IMG/VR virus record: IMGVR_UViG_3300030389_001291
Location: 1-59,520 of that record
Direction: 5' to 3' (one strand)
Origin: a virus
Lineage: Duplodnaviria; Caudoviricetes
Length of the DNA: 59,520 nucleotides
Shown: positions 7,603 to 17,300 of the stretch, piece by piece
How the letters are laid out: each line of letters opens with the position of its first letter
Numbering within the stretch: position 1 is the first letter of the stretch
Translations under genes and position numbers: made by a program
The notes under the pieces: generated by a model
What the model saw: only the letters and a program-made list of their open reading frames with translations
What the model was told of the DNA's origin: nothing
Database searches by the model: none

Positions 7603-7936
7603 ACTGAAACTAAAACCAATTAAAAAGAAGATGATACTGAAAATAGATTTAATCTATTGGCTAACAGAAGAATGGGATAGAAGAGATGTTATTAATTTAG
7701 GTATTGGCACAAAGAAAGGTATTGAATGGGAAATATTTTCGTGTATAGGAGATTGGCTACCTATTTATTACATACATAACTGGGAAGAAGTTAAACCTAT
7801 TTTAGATGAACAAACAGAACAAGGTATGCCTTTAGGAGATTATGCTGAAAAAGAGTATGAGTTAATGTGGCAACACGAAGATAACCCTAAATATGAATGG
7901 GACTATGAATTTTATTATGGAGAAAGCGATGAGTAA
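7595..7936 (+). CDS. Hypothetical protein
   Basis: 113-aa ORF with an AGGAGG SD. Confidence 0.7.
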   Translation: MAELKLKPIKKKMILKIDLIYWLTEEWDRRDVINLGIGTKKGIEWEIFSCIGDWLPIYYIHNWEEVKPILDEQTEQGMPLGDYAEKEYELMWQHEDNPKYEWDYEFYYGESDE

Positions 7937-8639
7937 AGAACTTACATATAAAGAAGTATGGGACAACCTATCTAAGATAGATTGTTCTGATAAAATAGAA
8001 AAGAAGATGAATTTATCTTATCTATCTTGGGCGTGGGCGTGGGGTGTTCTACAAGAACATTATCCACAGGCACAATACTTATTCTATCAAGGCGAGGGCG
8101 ATGTGCCTTATGTCAAATACCCCGATGGTACAGCAGAAGTTAGATGTAGAGTATCTATAGATAACTTAAATAGAGAAATGACACTAAGTGTTATGGACTA
8201 CAAGAACAATGCAGTACAAAACCCAAATTCAAGACAAGTTAATGATACTAAGATGCGATGCTTGGTTAAGTGTTTAGCCATGTATGGTCTTGGTCATTAT
8301 ATCTATGCAGGAGAAGATGTGCCTAGTGCAGATAAAGAGCCTGTTAAGAAAAAACCTATTACTGAGTTAAAGAATGTTGTAGAAGAAACATCTAAACCAG
8401 TAGAAAAACCAACAGAAGATGTTGAAGCAGATGCAGGTTATGGCACGGAAGCGTGGGCGGAGTTATATACTAAGAGTTTCTTAGACTTAGCAAAACTCAA
8501 CAAAACCAAAGAAGCTATGACATCTTACTATAAAACTAACACTAAAGACTTAGCAACATTAAGGGATAACTTTCCCAAGATGAAAGAGGATTTAGATGCA
8601 GAACTTAAACAAATCGTAGCAAACCTAAAGGAGGAATAA
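7929..8639 (+). CDS. Sak3/DUF1071-type single-strand annealing protein
   Basis: LSYLSWAWAW and RCLVKCLAMYGLGHYIYAGED motifs. Confidence 0.85.
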   Translation: MSKELTYKEVWDNLSKIDCSDKIEKKMNLSYLSWAWAWGVLQEHYPQAQYLFYQGEGDVPYVKYPDGTAEVRCRVSIDNLNREMTLSVMDYKNNAVQNPNSRQVNDTKMRCLVKCLAMYGLGHYIYAGEDVPSADKEPVKKKPITELKNVVEETSKPVEKPTEDVEADAGYGTEAWAELYTKSFLDLAKLNKTKEAMTSYYKTNTKDLATLRDNFPKMKEDLDAELKQIVANLKEE

Positions 8640-8641
8640 TT

Positions 8642-8953
8642 ATGTACGATAACAAAAACCAAAGTGATGGAGCAATCTACACTAATAACTACAAACAGAA
8701 TGACAAACAACCCGATTGGACTGGAAAGGTAGAGATTAGTAGAGATATGTTAAAAGAATTAGTTAGTATTGTTAAAGAGGGCGGTACTGGAGAACTAAGA
8801 GTAGCTTTGTGGAATAGAACTTCTAAGAATGGCAACGAATACAAGTATGCTAGATTAGACATTCCACAAAAGAAAGAAGAGCCTAAAGAAGAGCCAGTAG
8901 AGGACAAAGCAGATGATGTTGAAACCTTTACTGATGATGACATTCCATTTTGA
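8642..8953 (+). CDS. ssb: Single-stranded DNA-binding protein
   Basis: KQPDWTG and VALW motifs, an acidic DDDIPF tail, and position after the annealase. Confidence 0.75.
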   Translation: MYDNKNQSDGAIYTNNYKQNDKQPDWTGKVEISRDMLKELVSIVKEGGTGELRVALWNRTSKNGNEYKYARLDIPQKKEEPKEEPVEDKADDVETFTDDDIPF

Positions 8954-8965
8954 GGAGGTAAAGAT

Positions 8966-9115
8966 ATGTCTGATGCGTTTAGAAAAGCATTACAAGATGC
9001 TATGAAAAAAGTTAAAAAGCTAGACTTGGAGGTAGCTTTAATAAAAGAAATAGAACAAAAACAAAAATTTATGAGAGGTAAAGATGAGCAAGGGAAAAGT
9101 AGAATACAAAAATAG
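8966..9115 (+). CDS. Small hypothetical protein (49 aa)
   Basis: Strong GAGGAGGT SD and an open frame. Confidence 0.55.
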   Translation: MSDAFRKALQDAMKKVKKLDLEVALIKEIEQKQKFMRGKDEQGKSRIQK

Positions 9116-9344
9116 CTGTAATAAATATACTTACGGCAAAGACTTCGTTGTAGAGATTGAAGAAAATATTGACGAGTATATATTTTTTGAGTTCATGTCT
9201 GCGTACAGGACTTTGATGGAACAAATCAAAAAAGTAGATACTGGTTTTGGAACTACAGCACATGAAAATCTAATGGACTATTTGTTTATGAAGATTGAAG
9301 ATGAAAGAAACGAACACTTTAAAAACAAGATGGGGGTTGAATAA
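9084..9344 (+). CDS. Hypothetical protein
   Basis: 86-aa ORF with a GAGG SD. Confidence 0.65.
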   Translation: MSKGKVEYKNSCNKYTYGKDFVVEIEENIDEYIFFEFMSAYRTLMEQIKKVDTGFGTTAHENLMDYLFMKIEDERNEHFKNKMGVE

Positions 9345-9487
9345 TGAGTAAGTTTAAAAAAGAATGGAAATTATTTAGACAAGAATTTAAGCGACAAGCG
9401 GATGCAAGTTTTATGTTTAGACTTAATTGGTATGTGCTAAAACCAATAGCAGTAATTCTAGTTTTAATAGCATTTAGTATTTTATAG
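9344..9487 (+). CDS. Small membrane protein (47 aa)
   Basis: TAATG-coupled start and a hydrophobic C-terminus. Confidence 0.5.
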   Translation: MSKFKKEWKLFRQEFKRQADASFMFRLNWYVLKPIAVILVLIAFSIL

Positions 9488-9503
9488 GAGGTTAAAATAA
9501 ATT

Positions 9504-9737
9504 ATGTTTATAAATCCTAAAACACAACAAGAAGCAGACTTGTTATATAAAAAGTTATCACATGAAATGTCAGATGAAATTATCTATCAAGATGGAGAAG
9601 CAACAGAAACACAAGCCAAGAATACATATTTGTATTGGTTAGATAAAGCCAAACAAATAGAAAGATTAGGCTTTAAACCTACTATTGATAGTGATGTTTT
9701 TTTTCCTAAAGGTCATGTTCCTAAAGGTTGGAATTAG
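9504..9737 (+). CDS. Hypothetical protein
   Basis: 77-aa ORF with an AGGAGGT SD. Confidence 0.7.
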   Translation: MFINPKTQQEADLLYKKLSHEMSDEIIYQDGEATETQAKNTYLYWLDKAKQIERLGFKPTIDSDVFFPKGHVPKGWN

Positions 9738-9739
9738 AT

Positions 9740-9838
9740 ATGAGCAAAATAGACAGAAGAAGAATACCTAAACATCTTAGACATTTATCCGATAAGGTAT
9801 TAAAAGCATTGTTTTATTTATTTAGAGGGAGTTTGTAA
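9740..9838 (+). CDS. Small basic peptide (32 aa)
   Basis: Open frame that exactly fills the gap between two genes. Confidence 0.45.
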   Translation: MSKIDRRRIPKHLRHLSDKVLKALFYLFRGSL

Positions 9839-10177
9839 ATGGATGAACAGATAGAGAGTTGGCAGAATAAGATAAGGGATTTAGCTCCTTTAATGCAGAA
9901 AGCTGAATACGAACTGTTAAAATCACAAGCAGATGAGAAAAGAGTAATAGCCTTATGTAAGGCTGTTGCTCTATCTGAGGGCATTAAAACTGCAAGTGGT
10001 CAAGATAACTACGCAGAAAATCAAGATGAGGTTTATCAATCTAGGTTAGCTATTGCAGTTGCCAAAGGTCAATTAAGTGCTATCAAAGTAGAACTAAAAT
10101 CATTAGAAGTTGGGTTTGAAGAATGGAGAACTAAGATGGTTAATGCTAGAGAAGAAAGAAAGAGGTATGGAGCATGA
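9839..10177 (+). CDS. Helical hypothetical protein (possibly UvsY-like mediator)
   Basis: 112-aa all-helical ORF in the recombination cluster. The function is a guess. Confidence 0.6.
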   Translation: MDEQIESWQNKIRDLAPLMQKAEYELLKSQADEKRVIALCKAVALSEGIKTASGQDNYAENQDEVYQSRLAIAVAKGQLSAIKVELKSLEVGFEEWRTKMVNAREERKRYGA

Positions 10178-10258
10178 CAAAAGGTAGCAAACAAAGACCA
10201 TACGACAAAGATAAGTATAACGAAAACTTTGAAAAGATATTTGGGAAAAAGAAAAATA

Positions 10259-10564
10259 ATGTCCATAAAGGGAAGAAAACCAACAAAGAAAGAAGTTGAA
10301 CACATGAACAAGGTAAGCCAATTAGGTTGCATTGTTTGTAGGAATACTAATGGATTTATAACACCTGCTGAAATACACCACATAGAAGGTAAAACAAAGG
10401 CTAATTCACATTTTAAAGTATTACCTCTTTGCTTTGAACATCATCGTAAAGGCAATAGATTTAGACCTATAAGCAGACATCCATATAAGAAAAGATTTGA
10501 AGATGCTTACGGAACAGAAGAAGAGTTATTAGAACAAGTTAATAAGTTGTTAGATGAAGATTGA
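10259..10564 (+). CDS. Ref/DUF968-like HNH nuclease
   Basis: GCIVC...PAEIHH...VLPLCFEHHR...FEDAYGTEEELL. Confidence 0.75.
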   Translation: MSIKGRKPTKKEVEHMNKVSQLGCIVCRNTNGFITPAEIHHIEGKTKANSHFKVLPLCFEHHRKGNRFRPISRHPYKKRFEDAYGTEEELLEQVNKLLDED

Positions 10565-10940
10565 CTTGCCTTTAGAGGTTTACTACACCAAGAACAAAAA
10601 GTTTATTCTTAACTTAAATAACTATCGCAACGCTCATTACAGAACACTAGCAAGTGCCAAGAAGATTTATGCAGACAATTTGGTTGATAGGATTAGTCAT
10701 CCTAAATACGAAGAGCCAGTTGTATTAACTTATACCTATTATGCAAAGAGTAAAAGGAGATTAGATGTGAGTAATCCTTGTTCTATTATTGACAAGTTTA
10801 CTTGCGATGCTTTAGTTAAAGCGGGAATTTTAGAAGATGATAGTAGTAAACAGATTAAAAAAGTTGTTTACAAATATGGTGGGATTGAAAAAGAAAATCC
10901 TAGATGTGAATTGGTGATAAAAAAATTGACTCGTAAATAA
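10554..10940 (+). CDS. rusA: RusA-like Holliday junction resolvase
   Basis: RRLDVSN...DKFTCDAL...GILEDDS catalytic pattern. Confidence 0.8.
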   Translation: MKIDLPLEVYYTKNKKFILNLNNYRNAHYRTLASAKKIYADNLVDRISHPKYEEPVVLTYTYYAKSKRRLDVSNPCSIIDKFTCDALVKAGILEDDSSKQIKKVVYKYGGIEKENPRCELVIKKLTRK

Positions 10941-11011
10941 TATTTTTTTGCAGCCTGAACCAGCAGCGATAAAAATATTTACCAGTCAATGGTTTCTTGG
11001 GAGGGAAACAG

Positions 11012-11395
11012 ATGTTAAAAAATATGCTACAAGAAAAGTTGGATAAACGAAAAAGAAAGTGGTGGAATTGGCACAAAAAAAACCCACAAGTTTGGGATAA
11101 GTTTGAGCAATACACACTAGAGGCTATCAATAGTGGTAGGAAAAAGTACTCGCATTGGGCGATAATCAATCGTATTCGTTGGCACAATGAGATAGAAACT
11201 AGAGGTGGAGACTTTAAGATAAGTAATGACTACATCTGTTTCTATGCCCGTTTATTCCACGCTAGACATCCACAATACAAAGACTTCTTTACATTAAAAC
11301 CATTAAAAGAAGAAAAGGATATGGCTATGTTAGAAAGTACCCATGTGAGTAATGGGAATGTTCGCTCTCTTTCTCAATTCAGGAACCATAGCTAA
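11012..11395 (+). CDS. Conserved hypothetical phage protein
   Basis: ORF 10997..11395 with ATG 11012 after a GGGAGG SD. Confidence 0.7.
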   Translation: MLKNMLQEKLDKRKRKWWNWHKKNPQVWDKFEQYTLEAINSGRKKYSHWAIINRIRWHNEIETRGGDFKISNDYICFYARLFHARHPQYKDFFTLKPLKEEKDMAMLESTHVSNGNVRSLSQFRNHS

Positions 11396-14300
11396 TCGCC
11401 TATCTCTTTCTAATTCAAGCCTTTCAAGAGCATCCTGCTTCGCTGTGAGAGACATATTTTTGTTTTGAAGTATTTTATCTCTTCTCTCTCTCCATTTAGC
11501 AAGATACCTTTCCATCTTTCTAACTTGATTTTTAACATTTAACACACCTTGCATACTGTTCCTGTATGCGTAGTATTCATCCATTCTACCTGCTTTTTTA
11601 AGACTGTTAAGAGTTTGTGTCATTCCATCTACTTCATTTCTTAACTCATAGAATTGTTGTTGTAATCCACCTGCTTTGTCTGTATTCATTAACACTCGGT
11701 TAAACAAAGGTATTCTATTTAAACTTACATTACTAGGTAGTATATCTTCTCCTGTTGCTCCTCTTGATGCTACATCTATAACGCTTAATACATGACCTCC
11801 TAATGTTCCTGTATAACCTCTAATAAAATGTTCTGCTTTAGCAGGTGAAATATTTAAAAATTCTGCTATTTCTTTAACTAAATAATTGGTAGTCGGTCTT
11901 GCTTGTAATCCTGGAGCTTTCTTTTGTTGATAGTAGGGAACAATTTCTTGTCCAGTATATGAGTTTCTATTGTATATTACTTCTAATAAAGGTTTTATTA
12001 GTTGAGGCGTATCTATACTTAAAGAAGTTTTTAATCCTCTACGAGTACTTGTTATAAGTTCTTGTCCTGATTTTTTAGAAAAAGCATCATCTCCTAAAGT
12101 AAAATCAAATAATCTTTCTGGAACAGTCTTAAATAAAAATCCTACTTCAAATGGCACAGGAATTTTAACTGCATAATCTTTAAATATTGGTAGTACCCAG
12201 TTATCATCTCTAACTTCTCTTTTAAGATTTTTATATTCATCATCATCATGCATCATCATGTAATAAGCAAAAGTTATTGCTATTAAGATACCAGCATTTG
12301 TAGCCATATTAATTTGTATTCTTCTTTTTACATCATTGATAGTCTCATTCTTACCTAATTTTTCTACTGCTGAATATTGACCTGTACTACTTCTCCATAA
12401 AACATCAAGACCTTGTACTCTTGCATTTAAGAAAGGTATTGCTGCAGTAATAAATCTAAATGCTGGATTAGCACCTCTTCTACCAAAGTTAATTATTTCT
12501 AATGCTTGAAATGCTGCTTCTGATTGTGCCTGTGCTTCTGTAGCTCCTTCTTCTTTTAATTTTTTATATACTGCGTTATATACTGCTAAACGAGTTGCAC
12601 CATCAGATTTGGTAGTTAAATTACCAAGTCCATCCCATAACATAAAGAAAGCTTTTTTAGCAGACATTCCATTTTCATTGGTTAAGCCTGATAGTCGCAT
12701 ATTTCTTTTTAAATATCTTTTGATACTACCTTCATCATTTTGAAAATCATAACCACCTATCACACCAAATTTTTCTAATTCAGCCATATCTTTACCCATA
12801 GATTTAAAAGTATCTATGATAGGTGTATAGTTTGCTCCTGATGTAACCATAGTAGATAGACTATCTCTAAGTAGGTTTACTGCAATAAATCCTGGGTCTC
12901 TAGTAACTGTATCTCTTAGTAAAGAAGATGCTCCTCCAAATATATTTGTTAATACTCCAGTTGGAGTTCCACCTACTTCTTTAAATACATTGAAAGCTTC
13001 TATATTTTCTACTTCATAGTAATTTTTTTGCCCGTTATTAAATACAGCTACAACATCTAAATTATTTTTTATTTTAGGATTTTTAGATATTTCTACAGGA
13101 CTTATTGGTCTTGCTGTACCATATATCTGCATATCTCTAATTAACTTAGCTGTACCATCATTTTTCATTGCAGCAGTTAATATAGCTAATGAATTTCTTG
13201 ATATAGCTTCAATTACATCTACATCTATTTGTTCTTTAGAGCCTTCTATTTTTATACTTAATGGATTGTTAGGCAATGAACCACTAGCTATATTTGGACC
13301 AGCTACAGTATCATCTGTCATTTTTCTGTAGAAAGGATAATAGTCTGAGTTTTCTTTCCAAATTTGAGCAGTACCTCTTGTTTCTATTTGTTTGTCGGCA
13401 CTTAATTCTTTATTTAAAACATTAACCTTATTCATTAATTCTTCATAAGATAACTGTATTAAATCATTCTCATTTTCTTTTGTTATTGCAGATATATCTT
13501 CTGCTAGTTCAGATATGTTTCTTGTTTTACTTAATAAGCCTTTAGCAACTGCAAAGTCTATTAATCTATTATTCCATCTTTGATAGTTTTGATATGCTTC
13601 AACAACTACTGGATAATTAGATTGTATTTTTCTAATATCATTTAAGTTTTTTTCTGTTATTGGTGTTTCAATTTTTCTACCAGATTTATCAAAACCTTGT
13701 TTTCTTTTTAATAAAGCATAGTATTTAAATATACTTTCTAAGTCTGTTTCTGTGCTATATAAAGGTGCTAATATTTGCATTAATCCACCTGTACCAGTAT
13801 CACCTTCAATAAAAGGATTATATCTAGTACTAATACTTAATGGGACTGTATTTACTAATGATAAAGCACCATCTACTGTATCAGTAACATAACCTGTATT
13901 TAACATACCTTGGAATATACCTCTTGCTCTATCCATTAATCTAATAGCAGCCATAGTAGATGTATCAGCAGTATTATTTAATCTTCTTACTTGTTCATTT
14001 TCTTCAGACATTTTTATAATAGCTTTTTGAGCTTTATCTGCTTTGTCTATTATTTGCTCACGCATATTGTTATAAAAATATTGAAGCTTTCCAGAAATAT
14101 TATCTTTAGCTACATCTATAAATCTATAACCCATAGAGTTTTTAGGAGTAGTTCTACTACCTGTACTATTAATACCTTCAACTATAGATGGGTCAACACC
14201 ATCAAGATTTTTTAAGAAAGTAGGAATATCATCTGGAGGCAATGCACCTTCATCTTCTATAAACTCTTTAGCAGCTTCTAAGGCTGTGTCTGAAGCATTT

Positions 14301-17300
14301 AAATTGTAAACAGGTATTCCGCCTCTAGCTGTATTATTAACTGTTTCTATAACTTCTTCTAAAGCTTTATTTGGAGTTTTATTATCTCTTCTACCTCTAC
14401 TAAATAAAGGCACATCATTAATTAAACTAGCTTGTCTATCTTTAGTTGCAGGAGAATATTGATATGTTGGTTTGATGCCACGAAGGTCAGCAAGAACTTC
14501 TGCTTCTTCTTGAAATCCATTATATTCAAATATAGCATCGGCTAATAATTCTTCTGTTGTTTGTTCTCCTTGATATTTATAGAAATCTCCTTTTGCATCT
14601 GCTTCTTCTATTGCTGCATCTAATTCTTCTTGGGACATGATTCCTGAACCAGCCATATCACTTTCAAATTCTGTAATAAAATCTGATTCCATAGCTTTTA
14701 ATAACATAGGCACATAACCTTTTACTTTATTCATAGGAACTTCATATCTAAGTATTTCAGGATTCCATGTTGCACCTTGACTTTGTGCTTTTGTAAATAA
14801 ATTACGACTTATTTTTAATGCTTGTCTGCTATCTAATGTTGTACTTGCAAATAAATCTTGTGGAAGTTGTCCATAGTTTTTAATTTTTTCGCCTTCAGGA
14901 ATATTTAAAGCTCTAAATAAAACTAAATTACCTTTTTTATTTGTAAATTTTTCTAAAAACTTTTTACTAGCTTTTAATAAAGGTCTATTATTTTTACCTT
15001 TAAATGCATCAACTATAGCCATTTTAAGTGGTCCTGGATTATCTCTAGTACCGCTTATTCTACTTTTTATTAATTGGTCTAATATTGCACCAGTTTCAAA
15101 ACGATTATTACTTGCCCAATTAAAAGGAACTTCAATATCTTCTGGTATTAAATTAGTTCTACTAAATGTAGGTAACTCAAATCCTGTATCTTCTCCAAAA
15201 TATACTCTATCAATAAATTCTTTTGCTTCATATAATGAATTTGTTTGGTCCTCAAAAATATCAAATTTACTAAGTGCTTCTAATGCAGTTAAACCTTCTG
15301 GAATTTTTGCAAATTTCCAAGCTGGTCCAGGTAATTCACTATATCTTCCTGTTTCTTCAATAACAAAACCTCTATATTCATAAGCACCAGGTACTATAGT
15401 TCCATCTAAATTTTTAATTTTTTTAGCTGGTCCAGGTTTATATGCTCTACTAAATGTAGGTAAATCTCCAGCTTTTAAATCAGCTATTTTTTGTCTTTGA
15501 TTTTTTATTTCTCTTTCTAATCTTTTAGCACTAGAATCTGTCATAGTGCCTCTTTCTGCATCTAGCTGTGCTTGTTTAAACTCTATACTTGATTCTAAAT
15601 TAGATATTGTTCTTTTTCTTTTTTCTCTATCAAAATAAGCTTGGTCTGCTTCTCTACTAAAAGTAGGTATATCATCTACGGGTTTTATTCTTGGAAAATA
15701 ACCCCATCGTGCCCAACCATTATTACCATCCCAACGAATATCACCTGCTCTTAATTTGTAAGTATGCACCTTTGATGGAGTTACATCAGGCATATCAAAC
15801 ATATCTATAATTCTATCTATCGCTTCAAAGTTTTTTTCTTGTTGTAAATTAACAACTCCTTCTGCTCTTCTTCTAGCTTTATCTGCTTCTCTTATTTCTT
15901 TTCTTGTAATTTTAGATTCATCAACAAGATATTGTGCATCACTTAAAAATGGAGTTATTAAATCTCCTTCTCTCAAATCTCTTGATGGTGCAGCTTGATA
16001 TACAGTTATTTCTGCATTTGGATTATCTTTTATCTCTATAAGTTTATTTATAAACTCACGCTCTTCTTGTTGTTGTATTTCTGTTCTAGCAGTACTAAAT
16101 ATTCTTAAATTGTTATAATCTACATCAGCACCAAAAGTAGAATAACCTTCAGGAGTAAATTCTTCACTAGGCATTTCATTTAAATCATGTGCAGGTGGAC
16201 CATATTGTGCAGGTACATAATCAGCTACATGACCAGATGTTTCATCTCTAGGTCCTCTTTTTGAAAATAAAGGTGTATCTAAATAATCATCTTCTACTTC
16301 ATCTAATACTTTGCCTATTGTTGGTGGTGGTCCTTTATCTAAAAGTTTAGTTGTTCTTATTTTACCTCTAGTTCTTTTACCAATTCTACCAGCTTCAATT
16401 TCTTCAAATATTTGATTTGCATTATCAAATCCAGATATACGCAATGATTCACCAAGTTCAGCAAAAAATTCAATAATTTTATTAAATATACCTTCTGCTC
16501 TTTCTGGTAAAGGAGACTCAACTTTTCTATTTCTATACATTTCTGCAATAGCTTCTTCTGTATAAAACTCATTAATTTCAGCAGGACTACGAAATATAGG
16601 TGCTTTAGTAGGAGTTGGTTGTTGTTCTTCTGCAATAGTAGGTTCATTAATTCTTTTAGCTCTATCAAAATAAGTTTCTTTTTTATCAAAAGCTATTTTA
16701 TCTACAGATTTTGGAACTCTAACTTTTTTAACTTGTTTTCTTAAATAGTCATATTCTTTTTCATTAATTAAATCTTTTTCTCTTAGAGCATGGATTAATT
16801 CATGGTCTAATATTTCATTTAATTTTCTTTGTATATCAGCATCTGTTGATGTGCCATTAGGATTAACAGCATTTAAAGATATAAATATAATATCTGTCTG
16901 TCTATCATATTCTGCCTTTACAGTTTTATCTCTACCTACAAATCTAATACTACCATCTGCTGTTTGTTCTAAAGCACCTGTAGATAATATTTCATCACTA
17001 ACAATAACACCTGTTTCTTTTAATCCTACTTTTGCTAATCTTTGTCTTAACTCTTGTGCAAATTTATTTATTCTTCCTTTTTCTACAGCTTCAGCAAAAT
17101 CTATAGTTCTTTTTGCTTCTTCTACAGGAGGTAGTTGTTGAGATTCTTTATTGTTTTGTTCTTGTTCTAATTGTGCTATTGCTTCTGAAGATAATTTACC
17201 TTCAGTAACAAGTCTATTAACAAATTCTTCTGTAGTTTCATTAAAAGCATCTGCTCTTCTATCTATTTTTTCTTGGAAATTATCTGCAATTTTATATTGA

